From a virus, in IMG/VR virus record IMGVR_UViG_3300032177_000008, positions 5,399 through 69,398 of that record: DNA of 64,000 nucleotides. One strand, given 5' to 3'. This document shows positions 21,208 to 31,203 of this stretch, piece by piece. The notes under the pieces were generated by a model. That model saw nothing but the letters and a program-made list of their open reading frames with translations. It was not told where the DNA came from and ran no database searches. The position numbers and the translations under genes are program-made. How positions within the stretch are numbered: the first letter of the stretch is position 1; each line of letters opens with the position of its first letter.

Positions 21208-22086
21208 ATGAAACTAATTTATGGCATTAGCGGCGAAAAAGGACATGGCAAGGATACTCTCGCAAAATATGTTCTTGCTGCAGATAATAAATTTACGATC
21301 CTTCATTTTGCAGACGACCTAAAAAGTATGGTTGGAGCGATTTGGGGACTACTAGACTATCAGTTATATGATGAAGTGGGTAAAGAAGAGATCTTTATCC
21401 ACCCAATTAATATGGATCACTCTCTGACTGTGATGAATGAATACACATGTTTAGATATCCAACCTAAAGGGAAGATCGCCAACTCTCCTAGACAACTTCT
21501 GCAGTACTTTGGAACTGATTATGTCCGTTCGGTAGATGATAACTATTGGATTAATAGGGTAATAAGCCAGATCGAGAGAATTGGAGATAAGATACTTATC
21601 CCAGACACTCGCTATCCCAATGAGTGTGCTGCACTTAGGAAGATAGGAGCAACCATCATTAAAGTGCAAAGAGTGGATTTACCCAAGAGCGCGAATTCCG
21701 AGCACTCTTCTGAGACCTCAGTTGCCGCCATTGAGCCGGATGTGCTTTACACGTTTCAAACAAGTGACTCCGATCTAGAACGGATGGAAGGTATCGCTGA
21801 GGGTTTGGCTCAAGGGGAGCTTTCTGATATTCACGATCCTCGTGCTTATATGGATATGATCTTGGATGGTTTCAATCAGAGTTTTTCGGACTGGTGTGAT
21901 TTCCACCGTTGGGGGGCCAATATCGGGGTAGAGTATAACTCCCAAACAGGTAAAAAGAAGTTCGTTATTTTGGATATGGGGCCAGAAGCCTCAGGAAAAC
22001 CCACTCAGGGGGATCCTAGAATAGCTGCCGCGGGGCATATCGTAAAAGAGGCACTTCGTGTCGCAGAACAAGCTGAAAACAACTAA
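21208..22086 (+). CDS. deoxynucleoside monophosphate kinase (T4 gp1-like) with C-terminal extension
   Basis: GISGEKGHGKDT, FADDLK, SPRQLLQYFGTD, DTRYPNE, HSSE. Confidence 0.9.
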   Translation: MKLIYGISGEKGHGKDTLAKYVLAADNKFTILHFADDLKSMVGAIWGLLDYQLYDEVGKEEIFIHPINMDHSLTVMNEYTCLDIQPKGKIANSPRQLLQYFGTDYVRSVDDNYWINRVISQIERIGDKILIPDTRYPNECAALRKIGATIIKVQRVDLPKSANSEHSSETSVAAIEPDVLYTFQTSDSDLERMEGIAEGLAQGELSDIHDPRAYMDMILDGFNQSFSDWCDFHRWGANIGVEYNSQTGKKKFVILDMGPEASGKPTQGDPRIAAAGHIVKEALRVAEQAENN

Positions 22087-22460
22087 AGAAGAGATTCGTA
22101 GAAGCCTGAGAGATAAGGCTAAAATGCAGCTCACTTTCGCCGTCATCCAGATTTTGGGTGACGGCGATTTGGTGATCCTTTCTGCTTTAGGTATTGACGG
22201 TAGGCAAGAAATACTCGATATTTTCATCGAGCAGTGTAAACAACTAAAAAAGGAGATGTCAGATGAATGAAGAAGGCCGTGAACGGACTGATGAGCAAGA
22301 AGCTGAAGAGATTATGAATGCATCGGATGAGTCTATTTCTGACCTGACAGAAGGCACGGAAATCGATTTGGGTGAGGATGAAGGCGACATGGATTTAGAG
22401 GCTATGGAGGAAGAAGCTGCTGATGATGATCGGATGGAAGAGTATGACTCTAATGGTTAA
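22058..22460 (+). other. two small genes; the second (22263-22460) is extremely acidic
   Basis: ORF track, RBS AGGAG. Confidence 0.65.
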
Positions 22461-22503
22461 AACAGGCTTTAAGGCGGTATAAGATTTTTGAAGGAGATTC
22501 ATT

Positions 22504-23826
22504 ATGATCACTGCACCGCCTATTGGTTTTAATCAGATTGGTTTTCGTTACGCACCTTATAGCGCGTCTAAGCTTTTGGTAGCCCGTTGTCCTGCTCGGT
22601 TTCAAGGAAAGTATATCCTCAAGGATAAGGTCATCTCAGACTCGATTGCAGCAGCTCGTGGCTCTGCAATCCATTTAGTTCTTCAAAGAATGACTGAGGC
22701 GTGGGCGAGAAGAGAGGATCTTTCGTCCACGCTGATTAATCATTGGGTGGAAGAAGCCGTGGGCAAGTTTCCAGCTTCTTATGAGCAGATCAAGCTTGTA
22801 AAAGACTCGGCGCTCGCTTATGCATCGAACCCTCCTAAGATTATAGGATCTGACCCTAAGTGTGAACTTGAGCTTGCAGTAGCTCTTTGTGAAGAGGATA
22901 GCTTCTTAGATGATGTGACTCCAGCAACCCGATATATTGCTGTACCCTATAGTATTGAAGGGTATGCCCAGAACCCTGCCGCTTATTTCACATCTAAGAT
23001 TGACTTGCTTTGGGTAGATGAGGATTTGAAGACTGTAACGGTCTTGGATCATAAAAGCACTCCAAACGCTTCTCATAATTCAGATCATGACTTCCAGTTA
23101 GGGTGTTATGCATGGATGGCATCTCTGTTTTATCCTGGGTATGCCATTCGCACTGTCCTGCATTATGCACATCCTGGATTAAACTTTTATAGTCCCCCTG
23201 TGCTTTGGAATACAGAAGACCTTCGAGATGTTGAAGAAGAGGTACGGATGCGGGTTAGGGCAATCGAGTCTTTTGAAGAGTACCCGGCACTTCCTGGTTC
23301 TCACTGCACTTACTGTCATATGGTACAGCAATGCCCTGAGTATTTGGCAGTAGACCAACAAGATAGTCGCGGAGACATCAATTTGAGTGTGCATAACACC
23401 CAGGATTTGATTCGTATTGCGCGACAATTGACGGTGACAGGTAAACTCTATGACCAACTGAATAAATGTCTTAAGGAAGGAATTGAAAGTCATGCGCCTA
23501 CTGCTGGGATCGCGGTTGAGGGGATGTGGTACGGATTTAAAGCGGGTGAGCAAAAGGTGGATTGGATTGCCACAGATCGAAAAATTCGTGACGAAGTGGA
23601 AAGAGCAAAACTCAATCCAGAAGCCTCTGGAAATCAGCAACTCCTCAAGATGGGCGATCTCGCGGGAATGCTTGAACAGTATGGCGTATCTCCAGAAGCG
23701 TTCAAGCAGTGGCGTGCCGACAAACTCAAGGCACTTTGGAAAATGGATAAACCAGAACTTTTAAATGTACTCAAAGACTTTGTCGTTTATGACAGAGATA
23801 CTCGCTTTGGTGGGTATAAAATCTAA
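22504..23826 (+). CDS. PD-(D/E)XK (RecB/Cas4-like) exonuclease
   Basis: SASKL..CP, RGSAIH, KIDLL...LDHKS, QL..Y, CxYCx5C. Confidence 0.85.
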   Translation: MITAPPIGFNQIGFRYAPYSASKLLVARCPARFQGKYILKDKVISDSIAAARGSAIHLVLQRMTEAWARREDLSSTLINHWVEEAVGKFPASYEQIKLVKDSALAYASNPPKIIGSDPKCELELAVALCEEDSFLDDVTPATRYIAVPYSIEGYAQNPAAYFTSKIDLLWVDEDLKTVTVLDHKSTPNASHNSDHDFQLGCYAWMASLFYPGYAIRTVLHYAHPGLNFYSPPVLWNTEDLRDVEEEVRMRVRAIESFEEYPALPGSHCTYCHMVQQCPEYLAVDQQDSRGDINLSVHNTQDLIRIARQLTVTGKLYDQLNKCLKEGIESHAPTAGIAVEGMWYGFKAGEQKVDWIATDRKIRDEVERAKLNPEASGNQQLLKMGDLAGMLEQYGVSPEAFKQWRADKLKALWKMDKPELLNVLKDFVVYDRDTRFGGYKI

Positions 23827-23912
23827 AGAAAAAGGGGGGAATAAAAATGGCTAAGAAGACGACTAAAACCAAAACTAAGAAGACTGATAAAAAAGCAAAG
23901 GTATGACCTTTT

Positions 23913-23949
23913 GGAGAAGGTAGGCTTAGTGCCCACCTTCTCCTTTTTT
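23913..23949 (+). terminator. intrinsic terminator
   Basis: ggagaagg/ccttctcc followed by T-run. Confidence 0.7.
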
Positions 23950-24095
23950 AAGACAGAAGGTCTATAAATGAAACCGATTAATCTTGCAGTGGGGATCATC
24001 TGTTGCATGATGGGGACCACTGCTCTTATGAATGGCAACATGTTCTATGGAGGGCTATTACTTTTACTGGCATATCTGAATTTGCATTATTACTT

Positions 24096-24365
24096 TTAAT
24101 AAAAAGCCATCTCGAGCTCACAGTTTGGAACCAAAGCCATCCCGAGTTGTGTATAACAAACACAGTATAGATCCTCATCGATATCATAAAAAGGATGGTC
24201 TTTTGAGAGATACTCAATTCTTATAAATTTAACGAGCGAGCCAGCTGGAAGTAATCTTTCCTTTCCATTAGCCAACCTTACAACAATAGATGATTTCACA
24301 CGTTGATTGGCTATGGGTCCGCATCCTTCCATTTTTTGATTGTAACACGGCCTGAACGATGGCAA
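24096..24365 (-). CDS. hypothetical protein
   Basis: ORF in a gap between + strand genes. Confidence 0.5.
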   Translation of the reverse strand: MPSFRPCYNQKMEGCGPIANQRVKSSIVVRLANGKERLLPAGSLVKFIRIEYLSKDHPFYDIDEDLYCVCYTQLGMALVPNCELEMAFY

Positions 24366-24389
24366 AACTAACTGTGGAGATCCACTATT

Positions 24390-24791
24390 ATGCCTCTCTA
24401 TGAATTTGTTTGTTTAGACTGCGACCAAGTCACCAATGCCATCTGTGGCTCAGATATCAGACCTCAAAAAATTAAATGTGAATTTTGTCCTGATAGTGAC
24501 GCAGAGTATCGTATCGCAGCGCCCAGTATGTTCAAAGTCACTTTTGATAAAAATGGGCGTAAAGGTGTGAAAGTAGATCTTGGCAATGGGAAACAAATCC
24601 ATCGCTCTGCTACCCGTGAAAGATGGGAGCACAATGCTGGCAACATGACCGCGGAGCAGTACAAGAAGAATGGCTCTGAGGTAAATGAAAGTGTTTACAC
24701 TAAAAGATACGCCGAAGTAAAAAAAGAAGAAAAGGCTGTAGTCGATCGTGAACGTAAAAAGCTTCTGGCAAATATTCCAGAAGCTAAATGA
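24390..24791 (+). CDS. FmdB-family zinc-ribbon protein
   Basis: MPLYEFVCxxC...CxxC. Confidence 0.8.
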   Translation: MPLYEFVCLDCDQVTNAICGSDIRPQKIKCEFCPDSDAEYRIAAPSMFKVTFDKNGRKGVKVDLGNGKQIHRSATRERWEHNAGNMTAEQYKKNGSEVNESVYTKRYAEVKKEEKAVVDRERKKLLANIPEAK

Positions 24792-24800
24792 GGAGATTTT

Positions 24801-25316
24801 ATGTTGATTCGCTCTGTTGATAGAACGGGTGAGCCTGTTCTTTTTACGCCTCGGGATGCACTTCCGTTTGCTCTACAAAAAGGAATGAAGCTTAAAAATA
24901 CACTGGATCGTATTTATTGGGTGATGATTGATGGTTTGACTGTGGATAGCTTTTCTTCGCTGAATACCCCAGCAGATGCGACTAAAAAGAAAGACAAAGG
25001 AGGTTGGCAAGCCAGCGCAACAGGAAAAGTCGATATCGGTTACACAGATGCTAAAACAGATAAGTTCTATGATGCCAAATCCTATAAATTTAAAATTGAA
25101 TACCGCTCTAGTAAAGATGGTTTAGGTCTTCCAGACATCAAAGTAACATCTTTTGAGTTCCAGCCTCTTTCAAACAACCCCGCGGACAAAATGAGGTTCG
25201 AAGATCTTACATTAAAGAAAGAAGTTCATGCGGCTAAAAAAATGGAAGCGCCTATTCCAGAAAAGAAGTTGATGCCAGCGGCTACAAGCGCTTCAGCGGA
25301 GAATGTAAAAAATTAA
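24801..25316 (+). CDS. hypothetical protein
   Basis: AGGAG RBS, 171 aa. Confidence 0.75.
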   Translation: MLIRSVDRTGEPVLFTPRDALPFALQKGMKLKNTLDRIYWVMIDGLTVDSFSSLNTPADATKKKDKGGWQASATGKVDIGYTDAKTDKFYDAKSYKFKIEYRSSKDGLGLPDIKVTSFEFQPLSNNPADKMRFEDLTLKKEVHAAKKMEAPIPEKKLMPAATSASAENVKN

Positions 25317-25372
25317 AGCAAGAAAGCAAAATATTAAATAATGCTGGTATAAGTTCTACGGAGGGTATTTCC

Positions 25373-25594
25373 GTGGAATTTGAACCGCCTGTATTCGAAT
25401 CACACTTGGACTGGGGAAGCTGTAATCCAATTTGTCCGGACTGCTGTTTATTTATTCGCTCCGTTCCGTTATCGGAAGATGAGACCTATTTCTTTTGCCG
25501 CGGCTGCGGCATGCATTATTCTCTCGATAATTCTCTTATCAAACAACACCAACATCAACCATTTATAGAAAATCAAGGACATCCTTATGATTGA
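25373..25594 (+). CDS. small zinc-ribbon protein
   Basis: CPDC...CRGC; GGAGG RBS after a GGTATAAG motif. Confidence 0.65.
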   Translation: MEFEPPVFESHLDWGSCNPICPDCCLFIRSVPLSEDETYFFCRGCGMHYSLDNSLIKQHQHQPFIENQGHPYD

Positions 25595-26870
25595 GGCTTC
25601 AAGTACATTTTCACAGCACGAAAGCAGGCCGATTAATTATTCACAAACTCTTTGGAATGTAAACCATGACAGCATGAAAAGTCCTGTGGATCGGTTTATT
25701 CAAGAATCGAGCATCTATATTGATTCGATCAGTGATGCCGGACAAGGCCCGCTTGAGGGTGCGCCTATTCCTAAAGGAATGGTGAGATTCGCCGAGTGGT
25801 TTGTAAATCTAATGGGGGTAGATGCTACTAAGTACTCTTCCGTAAATGACGTCGCAAAACGGGTGCTATGCTATCTCGATTATAGTGAGCCTTATTTCTT
25901 ATTTGTAGATACTTCAGTCCAACTCGTACCTAATCAATTAAAATATACTTATCGATTTAAGAATAGTGGTGGAATTCTACCCCCAGAAAAAATCGAATGT
26001 TTTAAGGTAATGAACGGGTGGGACTTTAAGCCTTATAAATTAGCGATGGATTTTATTAACCACCCAGTAACTCAACAGGTTTTAAAAGGAGAATATGTCA
26101 AGCACACCAAGCGCGGAGACGCTGTTACTTTAGAGGATATCCATTCAAGAATAGGAGAATTGATCTGGGGATCTCCTGGGTTTCTTTATTCATGGATTGA
26201 TGACTGGCTGTATGCATTCTATGAAGATATGCCCTTAAATACTGCATCAGATGAAGAACAGATGTCGATAGATTCTTATCGGCAGAAGGATTATGTGTTT
26301 TGGGTTACTGCTGTATTAGGATGTCTCGTGTGGTTTAAAAGCCCTCACGCGATTCCTTATCTTACAGAATACCATCCGGTTTATAGTGCAATTCTTGGGT
26401 GGGATGTACAAGGGAATAAGCCCTATATTGTAGAAGGTTCAGGAGGAGAAGCGATTATTTATGGGTGGGACGTCTATAATCACCATCATATCACGGTGGA
26501 GACAAACGCACCGCCAGGCTCGTGTGATTGCTGTCAATTACCGCTACACTGTACGAAACTAGTTAATGCAACAGCAGTGAAACATCCCACATGTTCTTGT
26601 GGTCAACCCGTAGAACTCGATGACACTGAGTTTCAGGGGCACAGTTGGGGCGGAGCTTGTGGTATTTATCGTAGAGAGCACCCAACAGTTCCGGCGTTCG
26701 CCTGTCAGCGATGTCTGGGACTTCTTTTGAAGGGAAGGAATAAAGAATGGGCCTGCGAACAGAGTCAGACTTGTCCTAATGTTGCTTGTAGCCATCATGC
26801 GGGTCGAGCACATTATTTAAGAGAGCTGACTAAGAGGCGTACGCTCATGTTGACTCAGCAGCGCAGTTAA
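25587..26870 (+). CDS. hypothetical protein with Cys-rich C-terminus
   Basis: 427-aa ORF. Confidence 0.8.
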   Translation: MIEASSTFSQHESRPINYSQTLWNVNHDSMKSPVDRFIQESSIYIDSISDAGQGPLEGAPIPKGMVRFAEWFVNLMGVDATKYSSVNDVAKRVLCYLDYSEPYFLFVDTSVQLVPNQLKYTYRFKNSGGILPPEKIECFKVMNGWDFKPYKLAMDFINHPVTQQVLKGEYVKHTKRGDAVTLEDIHSRIGELIWGSPGFLYSWIDDWLYAFYEDMPLNTASDEEQMSIDSYRQKDYVFWVTAVLGCLVWFKSPHAIPYLTEYHPVYSAILGWDVQGNKPYIVEGSGGEAIIYGWDVYNHHHITVETNAPPGSCDCCQLPLHCTKLVNATAVKHPTCSCGQPVELDDTEFQGHSWGGACGIYRREHPTVPAFACQRCLGLLLKGRNKEWACEQSQTCPNVACSHHAGRAHYLRELTKRRTLMLTQQRS

Positions 26871-26923
26871 AGGTAAGATCTCCCGGAAAGCTTCTTTATC
26901 CATAATTATGATTAGCCATAATT

Positions 26924-27271
26924 ATGGATAAAGTAAGCTTTTCGGGAGATTCATTTATTATGCCACGCGATTTCAATCACGTCATTCTCACAGGGCAAGT
27001 CTGCTCAAAACCTACCTTGGTCAGTCTCTCAAACAACAAACGAATTTGTTTTTTTAATATCGTAAATATCGAACGTTTCCGAACCGGAGATGGTCGATCG
27101 GGCTCACATGAGAATGTGATTACAATTGAAGTGTTTGGAATGAAAGCGGAACAAACAGAACGAGAAGTGATCGAGGGGATGCGTTACGCCGTAACAGGAT
27201 ACCTTCGAGTTGATGAGTTCCACGGGGTCGAAAAAACACGCGTACGCGCTTATAATATTCAAGCGGAGTAA
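26924..27271 (+). CDS. ssb: single-stranded DNA-binding protein (OB fold, no acidic tail)
   Basis: FNHVILTGQV..KP...IEVFG..AE....V.GYL. Confidence 0.8.
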   Translation: MDKVSFSGDSFIMPRDFNHVILTGQVCSKPTLVSLSNNKRICFFNIVNIERFRTGDGRSGSHENVITIEVFGMKAEQTEREVIEGMRYAVTGYLRVDEFHGVEKTRVRAYNIQAE

Positions 27272-27275
27272 AACC

Positions 27276-27743
27276 ATGTCTAACGACGAAAGCTCTTTTA
27301 AAAAAGAGTTTAGAAAAGCACTAGAAGAAGAATATAAAAGTAACTTACTTATTTGGACTCATACGGATTCTTTTCGAAGTGGCCTTCCAGATATTGGCGC
27401 ACATATGGGGGGGTGGTATTTCCCGATCGAAGCAAAATTCATTTCTGAGCTACCCAAGCGAGAAACCACTCCTGTTTTAAAACATGAGCTCAGCGCTTCT
27501 CAGGCATCTTTCTTAGAGAAGGTTAAAATAACTGGTGGGCACCCGATTATTTTAATTGGCTTGAGTGATATTGCTTTGGCCATACCTTTCAGCAAGTGGC
27601 CACGGCTCGGAGATAAACCTTGTAACAATATTGGTTTGAGCGCTCTCTTCTCATTACATAGAAATGATAATTATACATACCCAAAAATACGAGGAAAGTG
27701 GCAAGTAAATAGGTTTTTTGAAAAAATACTTCAACACTATTAA
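27276..27743 (+). CDS. PD-(D/E)XK Holliday-junction resolvase-like nuclease
   Basis: E.SF...GLPDI...IEAK...LS.SQ..FL. Confidence 0.75.
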   Translation: MSNDESSFKKEFRKALEEEYKSNLLIWTHTDSFRSGLPDIGAHMGGWYFPIEAKFISELPKRETTPVLKHELSASQASFLEKVKITGGHPIILIGLSDIALAIPFSKWPRLGDKPCNNIGLSALFSLHRNDNYTYPKIRGKWQVNRFFEKILQHY

Positions 27744-27752
27744 AAGGTAAAT

Positions 27753-28569
27753 ATGTCTAAATTTTTCTTCGACCCAGAACAAAAAAAAGAAACTACTTTA
27801 AAACCACCGTTTGAAGTAGAGCCTGGATCCTTCTTTGATGTCCTCCAAAAAGCAGGAGTCGTGAAGTCTGCTGATGGAGATGAAAAAATAGGAGTTGAGT
27901 CTGAAGGCCAGATGACTCGGCTAGAAACTCCTTATCTCATTATTGAGTTTGGGACTTATAAAGAGGATTACTCTATTCATGTGGAGCCTTGTCATATTAA
28001 AAAGAACTTGGCTTCAACTTATCAAGTGGAAGAAGCTGTTTCACGAATGATGAAACTACTCGCTGTAGCTATTCCACAAACTCTTCAAGTAGATATTTAC
28101 CTGCCGCGGGAGGACTGGAAAAGGAAAGTCATTTCGATGGTACTCCGCAAAGCAGCTGCAGTCTGGAATTTCGACCAAAAATCAATTGAAGAAAAAGTCT
28201 TACCAGAAATGTTCAAACAAGTGCAGGAGGTCATTCTCAATGGAAAAGCCGTATCTTAAAGTGGAAATACCTAACGGAGAAATATGGCATATCCCATGTC
28301 ATGTAATCGCAAAGGATCGTGCAAAGTATTATGCAAAGAAAGAAGCGGACAGTCTTAAAGACTCGTGTGACTATGATACGGTTTGTAAAGAAATCTTTGA
28401 TGACCAATACGCTTACACTCTAAAAAGTGACACGGAATTACTTGACTGGGCTAACAATAATATGGATTGGGCAGACGTTCAACACCATGCAGAAAAACAA
28501 CCACCCAAACCAGCAAAACCAGATTATGGGCATATGTGGATCGGTTCTGAGAAAGATATCTGCCGGTGA
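27753..28569 (+). other. two hypothetical genes (27753-28259, 28240-28569)
   Basis: Overlapping ORFs. Confidence 0.7.
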
Positions 28570-29363
28570 AACTTCGTGCTTTAGGAGCAGGCTCACCCCT
28601 TTGCAGGCACCCGCTTGTTCCTACCAGCTTCTTGCTCCAGAGCATTGATTCGAGTGTTGTCTTTGGCTGTGCCCCTGGGATTCCAGCCAAACTCGACTCT
28701 ATTGGAATTAAGCTCGAGCAAGTAGATATTTGGGCCCCCCTCAATGCTCGTCCTGAGCAGGTGGGGGGCCTTTATGAAGTAGGCCTTTTATCTTTAGGTG
28801 GAGCGATTCCTAAACCATATCTAGCGGCACCAGAACGGTTGATACAGCGTCTGGTCCCGCTCTTCCCATTCTCTCTTCAAGCCGCTTTCCAAATCACTGC
28901 AACGCGATGCATCCATATTAATGAAGAATACGTGGAAGAACAGATCGAATTTATCCCTGGGTATTTAGGGCATGAAGAAAGTTACGGCCTTTTTTTAAGT
29001 CACGCGGAGATCCTGATTTCAGGAGAAACCGAGCTCAATGACGAATGGCTTCACCGTTATGGATCAGGAGCGAATATCATTCTTCATAGTTGTAGGGTAG
29101 ACCAAGCGGCTGTTCCTGGGATGAAGTTTTCTCCTGATATCGTCGAACTCTCCGCTCTTCCCGTCTATTTGCAAAAGAAGATATGGCTTTGCGGGTACCC
29201 TAATGATTATCAGTCTCTAGTAGATCCACTCCCCATGCTTTTTTTACCTCAAGGCCAATGGATCTATGACTCAGATCGAAAGGCAAAGCACCTAGAGAAA
29301 GAACGTTTCATTCGAGAAAACACAAAACGTCAAATGGGTAATGTTCAAACTACACCTCAATAA
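28566..29363 (+). CDS. degenerate metallo-beta-lactamase/RNase Z-like fold protein
   Basis: MKLRALGAGS..TSFLL..VVFGC, SYGLFL, LISGET, ILHSC, KKIWL; HxHxDH replaced by LNARPEQ. Confidence 0.55.
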   Translation: MKLRALGAGSPLCRHPLVPTSFLLQSIDSSVVFGCAPGIPAKLDSIGIKLEQVDIWAPLNARPEQVGGLYEVGLLSLGGAIPKPYLAAPERLIQRLVPLFPFSLQAAFQITATRCIHINEEYVEEQIEFIPGYLGHEESYGLFLSHAEILISGETELNDEWLHRYGSGANIILHSCRVDQAAVPGMKFSPDIVELSALPVYLQKKIWLCGYPNDYQSLVDPLPMLFLPQGQWIYDSDRKAKHLEKERFIRENTKRQMGNVQTTPQ

Positions 29364-29377
29364 TGTATCATTGAGAT

Positions 29378-29656
29378 GTGCTCTCACTCGTATTCATCTC
29401 TTTTCTTAGTTGCGCAGAGGTTGATCGTCGAATGGATCCATTTGATTTGGAGATGGTTTTCACTCACTGTCACATGGATGCTATGAGGGGTTGCCCACCC
29501 GATAATTGGGATTGCTTAGATGCTATGGGGAGGTTTTGTTTAAGATACCAAAGCCTCTATGAACTAAGACTTCTTGATAGACATCTTCAGTGTCTATTTT
29601 CGTTCGATGAGAAGCCAACAGCTAGCCGTAGAAAGTCTAAGAAGTTGCGGAGATAA
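29378..29656 (+). CDS. small lipoprotein-like hypothetical protein
   Basis: Hydrophobic N-terminus followed by FLSC. Confidence 0.45.
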   Translation: MLSLVFISFLSCAEVDRRMDPFDLEMVFTHCHMDAMRGCPPDNWDCLDAMGRFCLRYQSLYELRLLDRHLQCLFSFDEKPTASRRKSKKLRR

Positions 29657-29663
29657 GTTTATT

Positions 29664-30104
29664 TTACTCTCGATCTTTATATCTATCTAGTGCCCCATGA
29701 AGTGCCATCGTACCTATACCAGCTAGTGCAGTATGCCGGTTGGTTTTTTCTTCTTCAAGACGTTTTGGCATCAAATCCATTTCGCGTTTATGCGCCAACT
29801 CTTGCTCTTTTATTGCCTTGTTTAGGTGTCTTTTAGCTAGTTCTGGGTTACCTCTTAAAATATCGCTTTTGATTTCTTTTAGAGCGCTCGCATGAGAAAT
29901 AGCAGGCCACATTCCTAATGTTGGAATCCCGGTTAACCAAGGGTGACGTACACCAACACGGCTAGCCGTTTGTTCTTTAATGCTCTTCTCGGCTTGGTCT
30001 CTATCCTTTCCCTTATGTAAGTAAAATCCAATATCATTTTCGACATCAGTTAGTTTTATTTTAGCTACTTTACAAAAGCCAGCAATGAATGGGTTTTTCA
30101 TCAC
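29664..30104 (-). CDS. virion-region protein with N-terminal FxxGFxKxA motif
   Basis: NPFIAGFCKVA; late operon position. Confidence 0.7.
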   Translation of the reverse strand: MMKNPFIAGFCKVAKIKLTDVENDIGFYLHKGKDRDQAEKSIKEQTASRVGVRHPWLTGIPTLGMWPAISHASALKEIKSDILRGNPELAKRHLNKAIKEQELAHKREMDLMPKRLEEEKTNRHTALAGIGTMALHGALDRYKDRE

Positions 30105-30836
30105 TTATCCAGTATTAATCAACTTGATTGGCACTGCCCGATCATACTGAGCAGAAGCTCCTTCCATAATCAACACTGACCCCGAGCTCACTGAAAACTG
30201 ATGGCCCTGGATATAAACATTCTCAAGATAGAACGCACCCACCGAGTTGAAATTAGCATCCTTAAAATAGAACGCCATACCCGTAGGTTGATTGAATAAA
30301 TCGGAGGCCAGATTCACAAAGAAGTAATCATCACCAGGGCTCGATCGAACTTGATGAAAGCTGTTTCCACCGCGAGTCAAAAGACGAGCTAGTGGGCTCT
30401 GGGCAGAGCTCCCATCAGGCAACGTAACTTGTGCAGTAGCTGGCTCTGTTCCAATAGGCGTACCGCTTAAAGAGCCATCATCCGTGTAATAAGCATAAAG
30501 AACGCGCAATAAGCTTGGACCGTAATAAAACACACGGCCCAAAGTGATAGAGCCAATCACACGACCTGGGATAAAGTAAGATCGACTCGAGCCCACTTCG
30601 AAAATCTTCTGAAGCTGCTTGCTCTGACTAAGGCCTGCGTTTTCAATCAAGCCAATAGGGTAAACACTCCCAACACTGGATGCCTCAACTTGAGAGTAAG
30701 GACTCGTGCCACTAATTTCAGGAGGACCCGAAGCGATTAAGCTCGTTTCAGCGGAAACGAACTGTCCGCCTTGCAGCTCCTGCTGAACATGGAACTGACT
30801 GAAATCCCACGTAGTAAAATCAGTTGTTGCCGCCAT
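30105..30836 (-). CDS. tail tube protein
   Basis: IGLIEN..LSQSKQLQKIFEVGS.RSYFIPG; downstream of the sheath. Confidence 0.75.
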   Translation of the reverse strand: MAATTDFTTWDFSQFHVQQELQGGQFVSAETSLIASGPPEISGTSPYSQVEASSVGSVYPIGLIENAGLSQSKQLQKIFEVGSSRSYFIPGRVIGSITLGRVFYYGPSLLRVLYAYYTDDGSLSGTPIGTEPATAQVTLPDGSSAQSPLARLLTRGGNSFHQVRSSPGDDYFFVNLASDLFNQPTGMAFYFKDANFNSVGAFYLENVYIQGHQFSVSSGSVLIMEGASAQYDRAVPIKLINTG

Positions 30837-30854
30837 TTCTCTATCCTCCTAAAC

Positions 30855-31193
30855 TTAGTTACTAATCTCAGCTATAAGCTTTGAGCGTTTCTTCTTGGAT
30901 TCCTGCTTCTTCTCCCGCTCGCCTTCATTCGTCTCGGCTTCAGCGTCTTCACGCTCCATCCGTTCATTATGGTATTTGTCATCTACGTGAGAGGTTTTTT
31001 CCTGGTAGTTAGGAGCAGATAGAGGACTACTCAGAGATTGTCTCAACCCCTTGCCTTGAGCTAGATTACCACCTACATTTAGTGCTGTGACACCTGCTAT
31101 CGCTTTACCAGGATTTTTGAGCGCCCATCCTCCTACACGACCCAAAGCATTGGCAACCCCGCTAGTTTTTTTAAATCCATTTATGAATGACAT
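30855..31193 (-). CDS. small virion-region protein (MSFINGFKKTS...)
   Basis: AAGGAG RBS; FxxGFxK motif. Confidence 0.7.
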   Translation of the reverse strand: MSFINGFKKTSGVANALGRVGGWALKNPGKAIAGVTALNVGGNLAQGKGLRQSLSSPLSAPNYQEKTSHVDDKYHNERMEREDAEAETNEGEREKKQESKKKRSKLIAEISN

Positions 31194-31203
31194 ATGCATC
31201 TCC

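Noticed and set aside
23674-23691. 14/18 match to guide 61218-61244 (DQYGLS versus EQYGVS) and other motif-like translations of guides (LIYNAP, NFDISY, EELRLL)
   Set aside because: Within chance expectation; cannot be supported without a database search
22504-23826. Cas4 as part of a CRISPR or array-acquisition module
   Set aside because: Sits among replication and recombination genes 35 kb from the arrays; stand-alone Cas4-like nucleases are common in phages
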